The notes under the pieces are model-generated. The model did no database searches. It was given only the letters and a program-made list of their open reading frames with translations, and was not told the DNA's origin. Positions 13,362 to 27,150 of a stretch of DNA of 46,559 nt are shown one piece after another (within the stretch, counting starts at the first letter, position 1; every line of letters starts with the position of its first letter). Position numbers and translations under genes: made by a program. Source of the stretch: Catajapyx aquilonaris (taxonomy: Eukaryota); NCBI GenBank assembly GCA_000934665.2, contig JYFJ02003094.1, positions 1 through 46,559 on the forward strand. Reading direction: 5' to 3'.

Positions 13362-13612
13362 GGGCGACATGGTGGCCGAGTGGTTAGCGCCGCAGCCTTC
13401 CACCTCTAAGGTCCAGAGTTCGATTCCCAGGTCGGACAGAGGATACTTATGTGGATAGAGTTTCTATGGGTTCTCTCCGTGTTCGCGTGGGTTTTCTCGG
13501 GGTTCTACCATTTCCTCCCACAATCAAAATCCATCACAGCGCAGGGAATGATTAAAGACGGTCAATTAAAAGATGATCCCCTAAGAGGCCCAAGGAGGCC
13601 TATTACGGGGTA

Positions 13613-13648
<36 letters not shown>
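13362..13648 (+). mobile_element. SINE type A copy with (TCA)n tail
   Basis: Collinear with 972-1222. Confidence 0.9.
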
Positions 13649-13704
<56 letters not shown>

Positions 13705-13705
<1 letters not shown>

Positions 13706-14064
13706 TTATTTTTTATTTATTTATTTCACTACCCCTTGCTCAGTACATTACGTCCTGCTTCGGGGGGTGGCATACCACCATCAGTTTTTCTGTATATTTT
13801 CCACTTCATTCACCGGTGCAAGGAAACAAGGACAATGGGAAAGGATATGGATTTTTTGGGGAGGGAACATGGGTGCAGGGTGCAATGTCGTAGCTAATGG
13901 GTCATGTGCTGTTCCCCAGGAGGTTAGGTTGCCAGACACCTCCTTGGTGCAGGTCAGAGACCCTCCTGACGCAGGTGAAAGGAAAGTTCCCCAGGCGGGG
14001 ATCGAACCTGGGGCCTTTCACTCAGCAAGCCGAGACGTTACCATTTCGGCCACCACACCTCCCC
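13705..14064 (-). mobile_element. tRNA-derived SINE type B
   Basis: Head GGTGTGGTGGCCGAAATGG...GGTTCGATCCCC on the minus strand. Near-identical to 43046-43390. Sits inside a (TAA)n tract, tail-to-tail with a type A copy. Confidence 0.88.
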
Positions 14065-14103
<39 letters not shown>

Positions 14104-14139
14104 AGTCTTTAATATCTATGGGTTGAACCTTCTTATGTA

Positions 14140-14861
14140 CAGCTTGTTTCACTAGGTAGTCCCCCCAAAGAATCGATTAAGTTATTTTTGTCTTGCCACT
14201 CTATTACCTAGAAACGTGATGTTTGGTTTAAAAGTTACCTTATTTCATGGGAATGTAGCATCATTTGCAATAAATGCTGTAATTGACCTTCAATGGCCTC
14301 CATACGCACTCTAACGTGACTCGACGCGACTCTCTTTATTATCGAAGATCCTCCGCAGCATATCCTCGTAAATGGTCCGAATTGCTGCATTGATGTTGCT
14401 TTCCAAGTCTTCTAACGTCGAGACTCACTGTTGTAAGCACAAATCTTCAAATATCCCCATTCGCGGCTCTTTTGACAGGTGGAAACAGAATACCCGATTT
14501 CTTGTGACAAAATCGTGGTGACTTTTTCGGTCATTCCTCCAGCCTGTGCTTCACTTTTTCTATTTTTTCTTCCTCTAAAGGAGGTCATATACAACTGAAT
14601 TGCATTGGTCTGAAACACTTGGTGCATCAATCCTGACTATTAATGCTGATATGCTGCGGAGGACCTTCGATAAAAAGGAGCATCGTGTCTAGTTGCGTTC
14701 AAGTGCTTATGGTGGTCGTTGAAGATCAAGTAGCATTTATTGTAAATAGTTCTACATTCCCATGCACTAAGGTCAGATTTAAACCAAACATCACGTTTCC
14801 AGGTAAAGTAGGAAGAAAAATACAGCCGGTTCTTTGGGGGACTACCTAGTGAAACACCCTG
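14140..14861. mobile_element. Tc1/mariner-derived element built from two inverted 3' ends
   Basis: TA flanks, ~250-bp inverted arms. Minus strand reads WGYLKICAY..TLEDLESNINAAIRTIYEDMLRRIF, and the plus strand reads DMLRRTF. Confidence 0.8.
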
Positions 14862-15219
14862 TATATAATTTAGCCACCTTCATGCTCATTATCCTATAGT
14901 GCTGTAATTTCACTGTTGTTTGAGGCTGCTTATACCTTGGGGGTGGTTATATTAGTCTCAGGATACATCTGTAGCAAATACCACTGAATGGCTACCAAGA
15001 GGATGCAAGAAAATAGAGTAGCGCACTGGTATCTCAAGTCGCTTCATGCACTGTGGGAACACTGTTGGAACAGAAACTAGCCAATGAGGCTGAGAAAACT
15101 CGGCTAACGTATGAATAATTAATGCCATTCATTTGGAAATGCAGTCAATGAAGCGCTACGTTGCCGCTTTGAGCAAGCTTCACAAGAGTCAGCTACTTTT
15201 GACACACACTGTGTAGCAC

Positions 15220-16500
15220 ACATGACTTATTTTGTATGTTATTCCGGGCTCGTGCCCGAACCGCTGATGATTATTTCATAAGCTGAACTGTACTTGACCT
15301 ATAGTAGCTGTGGCAGGAACAAGCGAGTCAATTTACCCCGGAGTGTCAAAACAAGGTCACAAGTGGTACATTCGTGTCCCTATATTAGCGTAGGCCAGTT
15401 ATTAGCTCTTGCGTAGGCTAATTGTGTTGACTTGCATCCTCATCCACGTAATAGCTCAATGCAATCCAAATATTCCGTATTTGTTGATTCTAACCTGGAT
15501 TTTTAATGCTCATAGTGGAAATATATATATCAGAACGCATTACATTTCTCCTCATATATCAGTTTTGCATACAGTATATATGGAAAGTAACATTATCTGC
15601 AAAAATGTGAGTCTCCCCTACTTTGATGCTCTCGCTTAAATTTTAATGGCGATACGTCTATCAGCCCGTTTGACGGCCCCCGGCTGGTAGTATAGTATAG
15701 TAAAACGTGTAGGTGTAAACATGTAGGTTGCATATGCTCTATAGTTGGGTGTATGAGCGAGTAGGCCCATCCAGCTAGCAGTCTGCACAGCTGCAGCCGC
15801 CGATCGATTTTCCAACTGCAAATGAAGCCCAAGCGAGGCCCCTGTGAGGGGAGGAAAGGTGAGGGGGAGGGGAGGGCACTCTACATAACTGCATAGAAGA
15901 ACGACCTTGCTTATATGTATTTTGCATGCAGGTCAAAATATATTCCTGCAAGATGTAAATCCCATCACAGCAACAAGGCTCAGATTTCCTGAGGGATACC
16001 CGTATATTTTTTTCTTTTATAATTAATGTGTCTTTTAGTGAAAAGTGCATGTTGTCACTTCTGACAGAATAATGGTGTATGTAGAGTACGTGGGTGGGGA
16101 CGATTTGTGCAGGTTTCCACAATAGTTCGCAGTAGGCTACATATGTCACTTGGCGGAAGAGATGTTGCAACGGCCTTGACATGTTGGAGTCCCGACAGCT
16201 CTGAAAACCAGCGAGATATGTCCGCAAGATGTGAGTTTGATCTAACTTCCCACACCGCACTGTGTAGCTTGGCAAGTGGGTAGATCGGATTATGTGGGAC
16301 AGTGCATTACAAAAATGCTTGTTTGCGTTAGCGTAACAGTTGCCAAATTGGTGCAAGTAGGTGGCGTTAGGTGACCGTGTAATTCAGTTTGCAGCATGAA
16401 GTAAGTTGCAGGTAGTTTCAAAGACACTTGGTTTATGGAAAGCGTAGCCTAATGTTATGGAGTCCAAAAAGTGTCTCGAGGGCATGTCCAGTAGGGCTAT
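15220..16500 (-). pseudogene. Highly decayed hAT transposase remnant
   Basis: KLHSAVWEVRSNS..ISRWFSEL resembles the hAT TRWNS region, and VPATA..QFS at ~15320-15280 resembles the dimerisation motif. The two are in the expected order. Confidence 0.45.
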
Positions 16501-17100
16501 TTAGCATATGATGTAAGAAAAGTGGTGATAATCATTAAAAGCCGACTTGCATCATTGGTCCGGTTTTGTTCTACTGATGCGGACAGAAGGGCGACCTGTA
16601 ATTGATTTTTTTACCAAATTGAGACGTTAGCAAAAAATTTACATAATATCCATGCTGCTACTTTTGTGAATGCAAAAAATTAGCGAGTTGTCATTGTTAT
16701 TTTTCATGACGCGACAGTTTTTAATGATCTTGTAATAAGTTATGTAATTGTATGTATAGGGACCTATAGTGAACATTATGCCTGAGACCTGCATAAATAT
16801 TGCTATAATAATATTACTTTATAGTCTACTGTTTATGATATATTTTTATCAGAATCAGGCCCGGTTGTATGAAAACACATTAAGGGAAAATCAACGATTG
16901 TGCATGTTTATAATATAATGTACATAAAATAATGTTTTTAGTAATATATGTCCATAAAGCTGGTCCTGAGTTTTATGCTATACCAATGCAATAATGAATT
17001 ATAACCGCATTATTGCTTTATACTCCACAATTATGATACGGTAGTTTATTTTCTCTGTCCTCAGACAGTGTCTCAGCAAATCTGACAAACGAAAAAAGTA

Positions 17101-18128
17101 GGGTAAGTTGTGGTAAGTGCGGTAATGGGGCAAGTGCGGGATTGCTTCTAATACTGCATATAGCACAAGGTGGCAGGAGCTATCGAAAGTCACATAAACG
17201 TTCACGACGACCTTTCGCTAAAAGTAGCACGATAATCTTCCTTTCGTAACAGATACAAAAAAATGGCCGCCAAGCTCGAGGTGGTGCTTTAACTCTTCCG
17301 GCGAGTATGTACTGTACGTAAGTATCGTTTGCAGAATCTCTGACGAGTCTTGAATCTCATGCTGCGCAATCACTCCAGCACTGTATACTGTACGTATAAG
17401 AGGTTAATGTGTATACTATCACGCTGTTATTGTTCAGTTTTGGTGGAATAATTATGATGGTTTTTAAAAAGAGGGCAGCACTTGCACATAACTAGACATG
17501 GTCAGGGGCAATTTACCCAATTAATACGGGTATACGGATCAAAATGCAATATTGGAGGAATAAAGCTATAGCTGTCGCCAAAAGAGGGGACAAGACATCT
17601 TTTTGTGGTCACCAATGGATATTCTGCGACTGGCGACAGGCTAATTTCGAACTGCACTGGTGTGAAAACACTTCCACATTATGCATTTTAATCAGATAAA
17701 TGGCAGTACTGTTGGCCAACCTGTTGCGGAGCAGTGAATAAAAATTCGTCCTGTAATAAGTTTTGAATTTTTTTTATTCGGTAAAAACAGACTGACAGAG
17801 GAGGTTTGTGTCTTTGTGGCACTATAGTGCACTACTATGCAATCCGAATAATGTTTATTACAACTCTGAGAGAATTCCACAGTCGCACTTAACCCATATC
17901 GCGGGCAAGTGCGGCACTGTCAAGGGCACTGTGCACCACGTGCATATTTTAATTATTTTTCAGAGCACCCACATAGATGAATGTTATGCAATATGCCACT
18001 CTGAAAGCCAATAAGGTACGGTATATTGTCCATTAGGCCTACTTTTTTCTCACTTGCTAATTACTGAGGATGTAGCTTGCCTATACTGAACATAATCGAA
18101 ATCCGTTCGCACTTACCCCAACTTACCC
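17101..18128 (+). mobile_element. pogo-like non-autonomous element
   Basis: TIR GGGTAAGTTG(T/G)GGTAAGTGCG at both ends, TA TSD. Possible decayed N-terminal coding remnant starting MVRG at ~17498. Confidence 0.8.
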
Positions 18129-20332
18129 TAATAATATGTCAGCAGTAGGAATAAGTTATTCAATACAGGTCACACGTTAATTTTACTTTTCAAATCATAA
18201 TTATCAAGGTAGTTGTAATTTTGGTTTTAAGCGATAAAGCTATAGGCCTATGTGTAAACAGAAAAGCGTGCAACAGGTTGACAGCACAGCACACTAAAAG
18301 AGATTCAGGGAATAAAATTGATTGCGGAAAGGTACAATGAAGGTTAGTCATCGATGTACCTTGACCTTGTCCAGTTTCTCGATTCCTTACAGTGCAGTGT
18401 GGAAAGGAACCTTCCAGTAGGTAGGACACACACAAAGTTGAAACTTATATAGAAGATGGTGTGGCACTTCAAGAAACCTATTGTGTATTAGTACAGGTGA
18501 AAAAATGTTTGAATGATCTACTAACCCTATAAACTCTTTTGTACCGCCCCTGCCAAAGCTATGGAGGTTATTCATGTTGCAAGGCTCCAAAGAACTTATT
18601 TGAAATCCATTGATAGACTATCTGTGCTTCAACGACAGGCAGTGACGTACAATTTACTATTTTAAAGTTATCTACTGACTGAGTATGTTGTTTACGTTGA
18701 AACATTCACATATAATAGCATTCAAGTGCATTTTTGTTGCAGTTTTGCAGCATGAATCGTATCCATCGATTTGTCCGCCCTCCTCCGTAGTATCTATTTT
18801 ATCATTACCGCACATAGAGAAAAATAATATAGAATATTCACCCAGTACTTCCTAACTAAACTAGCTTTCACGTGGACCTACACAGTCTCTGCCAGGTGCG
18901 CATTTATGACAACAACTGATGGTGTCTGTTGCCCAAAGACCTGGCGTGGTGTTTCAAGTTCGTGGGTTTTAGCTATCAGTGATATCACCCGAAGTAGTTA
19001 TTTTTGTGTAGCTAGTTGTGCCCGATCCTGGTGCCCCATTACTTCCAGGTGGTCGAATATAACAGTAGTTGCAAGAGAATAGGGCACCTGGATCGGGGCA
19101 AAACAAGCTACAAAAAACTTGGAACACCCTGTATACATAGACCTTAATATTTCCTTGGCACGTGACGTTATCGGGTCTATGATCGGGCCTACATTATTTA
19201 AAATATATTGTTTTACTTCTTTTACAAACACAGCCAGCAATATACGTATTTAGTTTGTCACATCCAGATTGCTGGATGCATAAAATATTATTAGAGTTGT
19301 GCTGCATGTACCGTATACCTACTACCGCAAAATGTTCCACCCCCAATCAAATACGCCAAATAACAACAATATCTACTATTGGTGATACACTTACGTTACC
19401 AGGAATAATGAAATGACATCCTTTACATACCGTATTTTTATTGTAGTATATGATGTGATAGTTGAAATATTTGAAACAAAAGGGATTTGGTCCTTAAATA
19501 ATAGGCTATAGACTACTTATACAATAGGCCTACGTAGGTTGTTAATGAACCTATTGTTATACTGTAGGCTACGGTACGTCCCTTTCTCCCTTAGTTGCAA
19601 ATACTTGAGCCTTATATTTTGCTTCGTCACATAATATATTATAATTATATCCTATATATGATATGCAATGTTATTAGTTTGTGGTGAAACTGTTCCAGTG
19701 GGTAGGCGTAAAAGCTTAGTCCTACTGCATTTTCAATCTATTGATTTATGTGACGTATGATCACGTCCTAATAATAGGCCTAACTCACATTGTTCCGCCT
19801 TCTAACCTCAAAATACTGCACTATTGATTTGCTTCTTAAACTTACATGCCTTTATATTAAGAATGCTCCAAAATTATGATAGTTCCTAGAATCTGCTGTA
19901 TGGGCGTTTGTTTCAAATATAGGATTTATCGATGATGCATTCTGTCATCTGCAGATATCGCATTACTAAGAACAAAACTCCTCCTACGAGGTTTTCCTGA
20001 AGAAGAAAAAAAACTTATTCAATAATACAACACTTACTTAAGATAATTTCTCTACATGCTGTCCCTCATTTTAAAATAGTTTCTTTCGCAAACCCTAACT
20101 TCCTTTTTAATACTCGTTTCCAGAAGTTCCATATATAGCCGCACATTCTTCATGAAATGATTCATTATCTATGCAGCAAATCTCATACTAGTTTGGTACA
20201 TCCGGTGCCTCCCACACGCATCCTTTCATCGTTTATTAGGTTTGATCGCAGCGAGAGTTTCCACAAATGTACTTAACAAATTCTCTAGTCCTCGCAGCTG
20301 GCGGAATTGCGTAATTCAACCGCAAATGGGGG

Positions 20333-21056
<724 letters not shown>

Positions 21057-21254
21057 CGCAAATGGGGGGTGAGGGGCAAGGGAATTCTCCGGATGTAGGT
21101 TGCTATAATGGCTAAAAATATGCGGAAGCCTGATCATGAAGTTTATACATATATGACCAGGTGACCTTCAATTTTATCCCTGTACTGTGGCATGCTCTAT
21201 ACCCACAGGTGATTATGGCTTGGTCGAGTTCTAATAAACTAATTGTAATTCAAG

Positions 21255-21424
21255 GTGGAGGTTGGAGCAGATGTGATGAGGGAATTCCTGCGGCTGGATA
21301 GTCAGGTGTCGGTGTTGGAGAGGGACAATCCAACTCACAAATTGGAGGCAAGGGAAGCACTACTCAGCAGACTCCAAAAGGAGTTGGAAGAAGAGAAGGC
21401 CAACCTAAAATCCTTGGAGGACTC
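21255..21424 (+). CDS. Coding exon 2 (VEVGADVMREFLRLDSQ...ANLKSLEDS), coiled-coil
   Basis: caAG acceptor, 170 nt open, phase-2 donor GTAGGT at 21425. E/L/K-rich heptad-like peptide. Not present in the ORF track. Confidence 0.85.
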
Positions 21425-22869
21425 GTAGGTCAATCAATATTATACAAACGTACTGAACTGTATATTTTGTCCTGGCTCCAGATCTATTTGGTGGGTCGTA
21501 ATTGGAGCGTGACACTATAGGTTGTTACGTCGCATGCAAAGGGAACAGTGACGCGGCCCTTTCAAGATTATGACACCGTTTTTCTTTGGCGGCCGACTTT
21601 CTCGGAGGACTCATCCAGGATTATAAAGGGATGTTTAATAGATCTACACAAGGTGTGTCCTAATGATTCGGACGACTCCATGGATTATATTGTGTAAAAG
21701 TGTGAGCTGGTTACATCAGTCTCGTTAGAATGAGAAAATAGGTTCCACATACAAGGTATAAAATATCATTCCCACTGTGACTCTTGTACCATGCAGTTTT
21801 TATTTTAACTGCGGTTATAGAAGGCAGTCCAGGACACAATGGAAATGTGACTCTGGAATAAGAAACATCGTGTTCTTCCATTAGCAGTTGATGATATCTG
21901 CCTAACGAGGCTGCGGAAGCCTAATGACAACTCTGCATAAAATGATTCTCTGGTGCTCAGAAATCCACGGCCCTATGAGTTTACCGGAATCATGGTGAAA
22001 ACATCCTGTATGTGAGACGCAGAATAATGCTTGCTTTATTTCCTTTGTAATTTTCTAAGAACACCAGATCCAGTGTTTGGAAGCCTTGGAACAACAGGTG
22101 CAGGCAACATAGTCATTAGCGAAATCAAACTTTACTTGTTAGGCGTAGTCTTGAATTTCACAGGAACACCGGGGAAAAACAAGAGTAATTGAGATTTCCT
22201 TTCATCTTGACATGGACGTCAAGGAGCAGAGCCTGTATACATTAGTAGACTATACACTGTAGGTCTACTGCACTGCAGTCATTGATAAATTGTGTAACAA
22301 TGTGTCTTATTGGTATTTATATTGTCGTCAAGCTCCATCTCCGACTATGATGCGAAGAATATTATTGACAATGTGTCCCAGACACTATTTAGCTCCTACA
22401 TTATTTTCTGTGCACCAGGGTAATAATTATGTGAAATACAGTTGCTAATATTCCGCCCTTTGAACCCTCATGCTTCACGAAACATGCACAGTACCTGTAT
22501 ATATTACAGATTTCACATAATTATTTACTTCTGGCGAAATTACTCAATCGGGGCAAATGGGGATTAGTATATACATTTTTCATGTCTAATCCCTCTCAGC
22601 TGTTGTCTTAGTATTACTTTTTAACCGATTTTCTTATGCATCGCTGAAGTGGGGTCGACCTTTATGGTGGTCAAAGTTTAGCTGCAGGTACTCGTATTAT
22701 TGGCCAAAGGTGAGAATATCTGCACCACTGATCGATCTCCATACTACCAGGAGTAAAGGGTTTGCCCGTAATATACTAAACAAGTTTCTTGACACCATTC
22801 AGGTTTTGCCCATAAATTATTTGCTAGTGACAAAGAAGCGAAGGATATGATATTCTGAATGCCCTTTAG

Positions 22870-23084
22870 GTTACACGAGGCTACAGATGGGGCCAACAGC
22901 CTGGGGCCTGATGCGGGTGATGGCGACGAAAATAATTTGGCGGCCACCAGCCGACAGGAAATGGCCAGGAAGCAGGTGGCCATGTTGGAGGAACGAACTC
23001 AAAAAGTCAAGGAAGAGGTTTCTCAGCTGAGGTCAACTGTGGATGAACTCGACCGCTTGTACGAGGAAGAGGACGCGCTTCTTG
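22870..23084 (+). CDS. Coding exon 3 (LHEATDG...LDRLYEEEDALL)
   Basis: tttAG acceptor completes a TC|G Ser codon. Same frame as ORF 22859..23104. Phase-1 donor GTAATA at 23085. Confidence 0.9.
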
Positions 23085-24004
23085 GTAATATTGAGTGTTC
23101 CTGAAAAGTACGCCACTCTATAAAATAAGAGGGAAACCGTCAATAATATTGTGCTGATGGGGCGAGGAGTGAGATAAATAATTATATTGCCGCTATAGTC
23201 AACGGACATCCGCGAATGTATGGTATACTTAATATGGAATGTCCCACTTTTCACATTTCCACTGATATTCCCTCACGCAACAAAAAAACGCTGTGTTCAC
23301 CAGTTGCATGAGGGCATCTCCATAGATTTTGAAAAGTGGGACATTCCAGAAGTACATTCGCGGATATCCTTTTTTATACTGCTGTTTAAAATTGCATATA
23401 AGCCTACTAATTCTAGGTGTTTTCGAGTTAAGAAAGTAAATAAACATTTCCCAACTGGATATTATTCTCTGCATGTCCACTCGTGACAACACTTCCTGAT
23501 TGTCCTTACATAATATTTTGGTGTAGTTTCGCCTTAGGGCGGAAAAATTGGGGCAAAATATCGCCCGATGCAGAATGCGCGCGCAACATGAGTCCCAAAT
23601 TCGTCGATATGTGAATCCGCCTTTATAATGAAGCGTACTCTTTTACAGGAATATTGTTAAATACAGGGGAGTTGGTTCAACAATAAGTAGCACTGCTTAC
23701 AAAAATTCTACTTATTTAGCAGTCTGCAAAGTATTTTGTCACTTATTGTGGTATTTAGAAATAACCTCTTACATTTCCTATTGTGAACTGAAGAGCTGGC
23801 CAACGACCATTTATTTTAAGACCGTAAATCGGTCATGAATGTGTCTAAATTACACCAGGACATATTTCTGAACTAGACTGACTGTGAGTCGATGTCATTA
23901 GTATACTGAGGACCACAGAATGATGTTTTTAGGAACCGACTTCAGATCGAAAAATCTAGGCGCATTTTGTATACTGGGAAAGTTTGTGGGGGTCTCGTTG
24001 GTTG

Positions 24005-24153
24005 GATTATCTGAGCTGAAATTTTAACTTTTAAAACATCCACTAGAAAAATTCGAGCGTAGCGAGGGTTTTTCTAGTGGATGTTTTAAAAGTTAAAATT
24101 TCAGCTCAGATAATCAGATCAGAAAAACCCTCGCTACGCTCGAATTTTTCTAG
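24005..24153. repeat. Interlocked perfect inverted repeats (47 bp and 33 bp)
   Basis: 24005-24051 is the reverse complement of 24069-24115, and 24043-24075 is the reverse complement of 24121-24153. Confidence 0.95.
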
Positions 24154-24413
24154 GCCTACGGTCTGCAGTGCCTAAGTATACCATATTTTTAATCGCTTCG
24201 GATTTATAGCCAATGTTGTTGCCCATCCCCAAGTAATATGCATGCACCCCCACCTGTTCCTCCGTGCATTCCCATATCCGTGATTCCGTACCCTGCGACC
24301 CATCTGCAATCCCACCTTTGCTTTGCACTGGCTGGGAAATATGCATTTCCCAACATACAACATACCAATACCTTTTGAATGTTAAAAAAAACCAATTATT
24401 GTACAGTATGAAC

Positions 24414-24561
24414 CAAGGGGGTAATCACTCGACTGAAAAGTGTACACTGGAGTACCAAATTCAAGCAGTACCACGGAGTAATAAAGAGTGAGGTGCCTGA
24501 GGAGTACCAGGGAGTACCACTCCCAGGTGTACACCGGAGTACCGAAGTGATTACCCCCTTG
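24414..24561. mobile_element. 148-bp P- or hAT-like mini-MITE
   Basis: TIR CAAGGGGGTAATCACT...AGTGATTACCCCCTTG, 8-bp TSD GTATGAAC, repeated internal AGTACC motifs. Confidence 0.88.
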
Positions 24562-25711
24562 GTATGAACAGAAATTCGCAACCTCTACCTCTTCTACTCG
24601 CATGCACTGGCGCACATGTGTCTAAATTATATGCACACTTTCCGACCACGTTTATTTTCTAACTGCTCATAACTCCATAACTATTATAAACGCCCATGGA
24701 ACTCTACAGTGTTTGTTTTAGATGATAAAAACACTGGTTTCATTCTCCCCGACACTTTCTTTTGACGTTCTCGACCTATCCCTGGGTTCAGTGTCCATGG
24801 AGTTGGCACCACTGATAAACAACATTCCGACCTAGCCTATGTTCGGTTTGTTTACGATGTTCCAATTCGACCATTCCTCCTTCCCCCCTCCTCTCCCCCC
24901 TGTTGTGAGGTCACCGTGAAGACATGGGTGGAGGAAGGTGGAAGGGTAGAGGGGTCTTCACGGGAGAGGCGCTGTGTCCTCGTTGACGTCCAGCAAGCGA
25001 CTGTGGCGTTCTTCCACCCATTGCGCATGCTCGGAAAGGGGGCCAATCTGAGGCGTCATGGCAACAATACATCCAGGTAACAATGGGCGGGGGCCAATCG
25101 GAACGTGGGGGTAACAACAATATGTGGGCGGACCAATTAGAGAGCTTATACACACGCCACAAGCATTTGATGGAAAATAACATAAAACGCTGCAAGGAAC
25201 ATAAAACGCTGCAAGGAACATAAAACGCCACAAGCATAGATGTGCCTCAGTAATGGATCCATTAGATGGCCAAACATCGGCTTAGGAAACATATCCCCCA
25301 TCCCGGTATTTTGATCTGACATTGACACATGGCCGATATACGGGGATTGAAAGAAATAACATTCTGCCATTGCTTATTCGGTCCACAAGAGGAAGTGAAA
25401 AGCTGTTATTATTTTTGAAATATTACAATTATTGACAGTAATGCTATAGGTTACCGGAAATGAGGTGAATAATTGAATTTTCGTAAGCAGTGTTTCTGCC
25501 TCGTACCATCGTTCATGCCCTACATTCCGAATTAGGAGGACCTTTTGTTGCAGTAAACAATTCACAACTTTTTCCCTTGATCTGGGGACTTCAGCATCAC
25601 CTTATATTGTACAGTATATAGTGTGTAGATGTTTACCATCATGGGTGTTACATGTCTCAAACGCATCTCGCAATAAGCCGAACTTATGTGTGGTCTAACA
25701 ATACTTTGCAG

Positions 25712-25910
25712 CCAGCATATTTGGCGGCGATTACGGCAGTTCTGAGGAGAACCGATTGGAACTGGCTCTGGATACGCTGGAAGCTCAAAGAAACAGATTG
25801 GCTGGAACCGAGTCGGAATGGCGAATCGGTTTGCAGCAGGTGGCAGAGGCTCACACTCATGTCTCGCAAGCTGTCGACCAATGGTATCAAATACCACAAG
25901 TCGATTCTAG
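25712..25910 (+). CDS. Coding exon 4 (ASIFGGDYGSSEENRLELALD...QIPQVDS)
   Basis: tttgcAG acceptor, G|CC Ala, 199 nt open, consensus donor AG|GTAAGT at 25911 (phase 2). Confidence 0.92.
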
Positions 25911-26828
25911 GTAAGTGACTTTTTTGCCTCTGTTCGATACTGGAAACTCAGGAGGCCTCTCGCCCGTAACTGGAATTTATGGCCAAACCTGAGATCCAGA
26001 GAATGGTGTATACGTCTTAGGTAATGCCACCTTTCAGCTACACTGCATGTGACGTAATGTTCTGAAAAAATCTTCTTCATAATGTTCCAGCAAGGACAGT
26101 GGACTACCTAAATTGCAACATGAAGGACGACAAAGTGACAACAGCACAATCAGATTATTTTGAATGATTCACGTTGAAACACCCTGTATGCAGCAGTGTG
26201 TTCCAAGTATTCGGGTTCTTATAATTATCGCAAATCATGACTCCATAGGAAGGTTTTAGTCACAGACAATACCAGTACTGGTATATTGTCTGTGGTTTTA
26301 GTAATGTTTTACTCTGTTGAAACAATTATTACACTGTCATAAAATGGCGCTCTGAGTATAACTACTACGACTCCTTAAAAGACACTGATTTTTGAAGGGT
26401 GCTTGTAATTAGTAACAGCGTTACTTACCTTGGAGGTACCCTGCTCCCAATTGTCACGGGATTGATTACGCAAGAATGGCCAAGGAAATGAATTGCATTG
26501 TATATGAAATATGATACATAATTATATACTGTATGAGGGAACAGTGCGCTTATAATTCCCATCGCTAATACACACTGGAGTTATACTTTTCTGTCAACCA
26601 CATAATTATCAGTTCTGCAAAAGCCACATTTGTTTAGCACGCCACATCCTGACAGGTGCAAGGTAATTGCCCCCACACAGTCTAGTCACGATAAACCCAT
26701 TGCCCTTTTCCTGGACACTAGTACGTAGGCTACTGTACGACCAAATTCCCATAGAGCCTCGATGCTGTAGAACCAGAATCAATTCCTGACAACAATGAAG
26801 AAGGCTGATTCTAATTTCGATATTGCAG

Positions 26829-26973
26829 AGACAGCGAAAGGATTCAAGCGTTGGCAGAAGGAACCAGAGACTCCCTTGCAAGAGGGGTTTTCCTACTGAA
26901 GGAAACACATAAAGGTCTACCATCCATTAAATTTCCATATTGCACTCCGGAACAAGTGGCTGCTCTAGAGGAT
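26829..26973 (+). CDS. Coding exon 5 (RDSERIQALAE...LPSIKFPYCTPEQVAALED)
   Basis: ttgcAG acceptor, AG|A Arg, 145 nt, phase-0 donor GTAAGC at 26974. Confidence 0.9.
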
Positions 26974-27036
26974 GTAAGCATTCCTGATTTACCTTTGCAC
27001 CGTGAAGGTAATTCCCATGCTGAATGATTATTTCAG

Positions 27037-27150
27037 GAAGCGGCGCATGTTCTAGGTGGCATGCAGTCTCCTGAGCGGCACGACAAATCGGGCCAGGTTT
27101 TTACTACTGCTCGGCAAAAGTCAAGAGCTCTGTTGCAGTGGTTCAATCAG
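27037..27150 (+). CDS. Coding exon 6 (EAAHVLGGMQSPERH...LLQWFNQ)
   Basis: Follows a 63-bp intron. tttcAG acceptor, 114 nt, CAG|GTAATA donor. Same frame as ORF 27061. Confidence 0.9.

Noticed and set aside
21108..21160. Alternative first exon MAKNMRKPDHE...
   Set aside because: Its phase-2 donor is incompatible with the phase-0 acceptor at 21255, and splicing to 21209 hits an immediate TGA.
24901..25569. Solo LTR (TGTTGTGA...TCACAAC)
   Set aside because: No terminal CA, no TSD, and the purine tract is on the wrong side.
25652..25918. ORF-track translation MSQTHLAISR... as the exon product
   Set aside because: It is the wrong frame. Splice phases give ASIFGGDYGS in a different frame.
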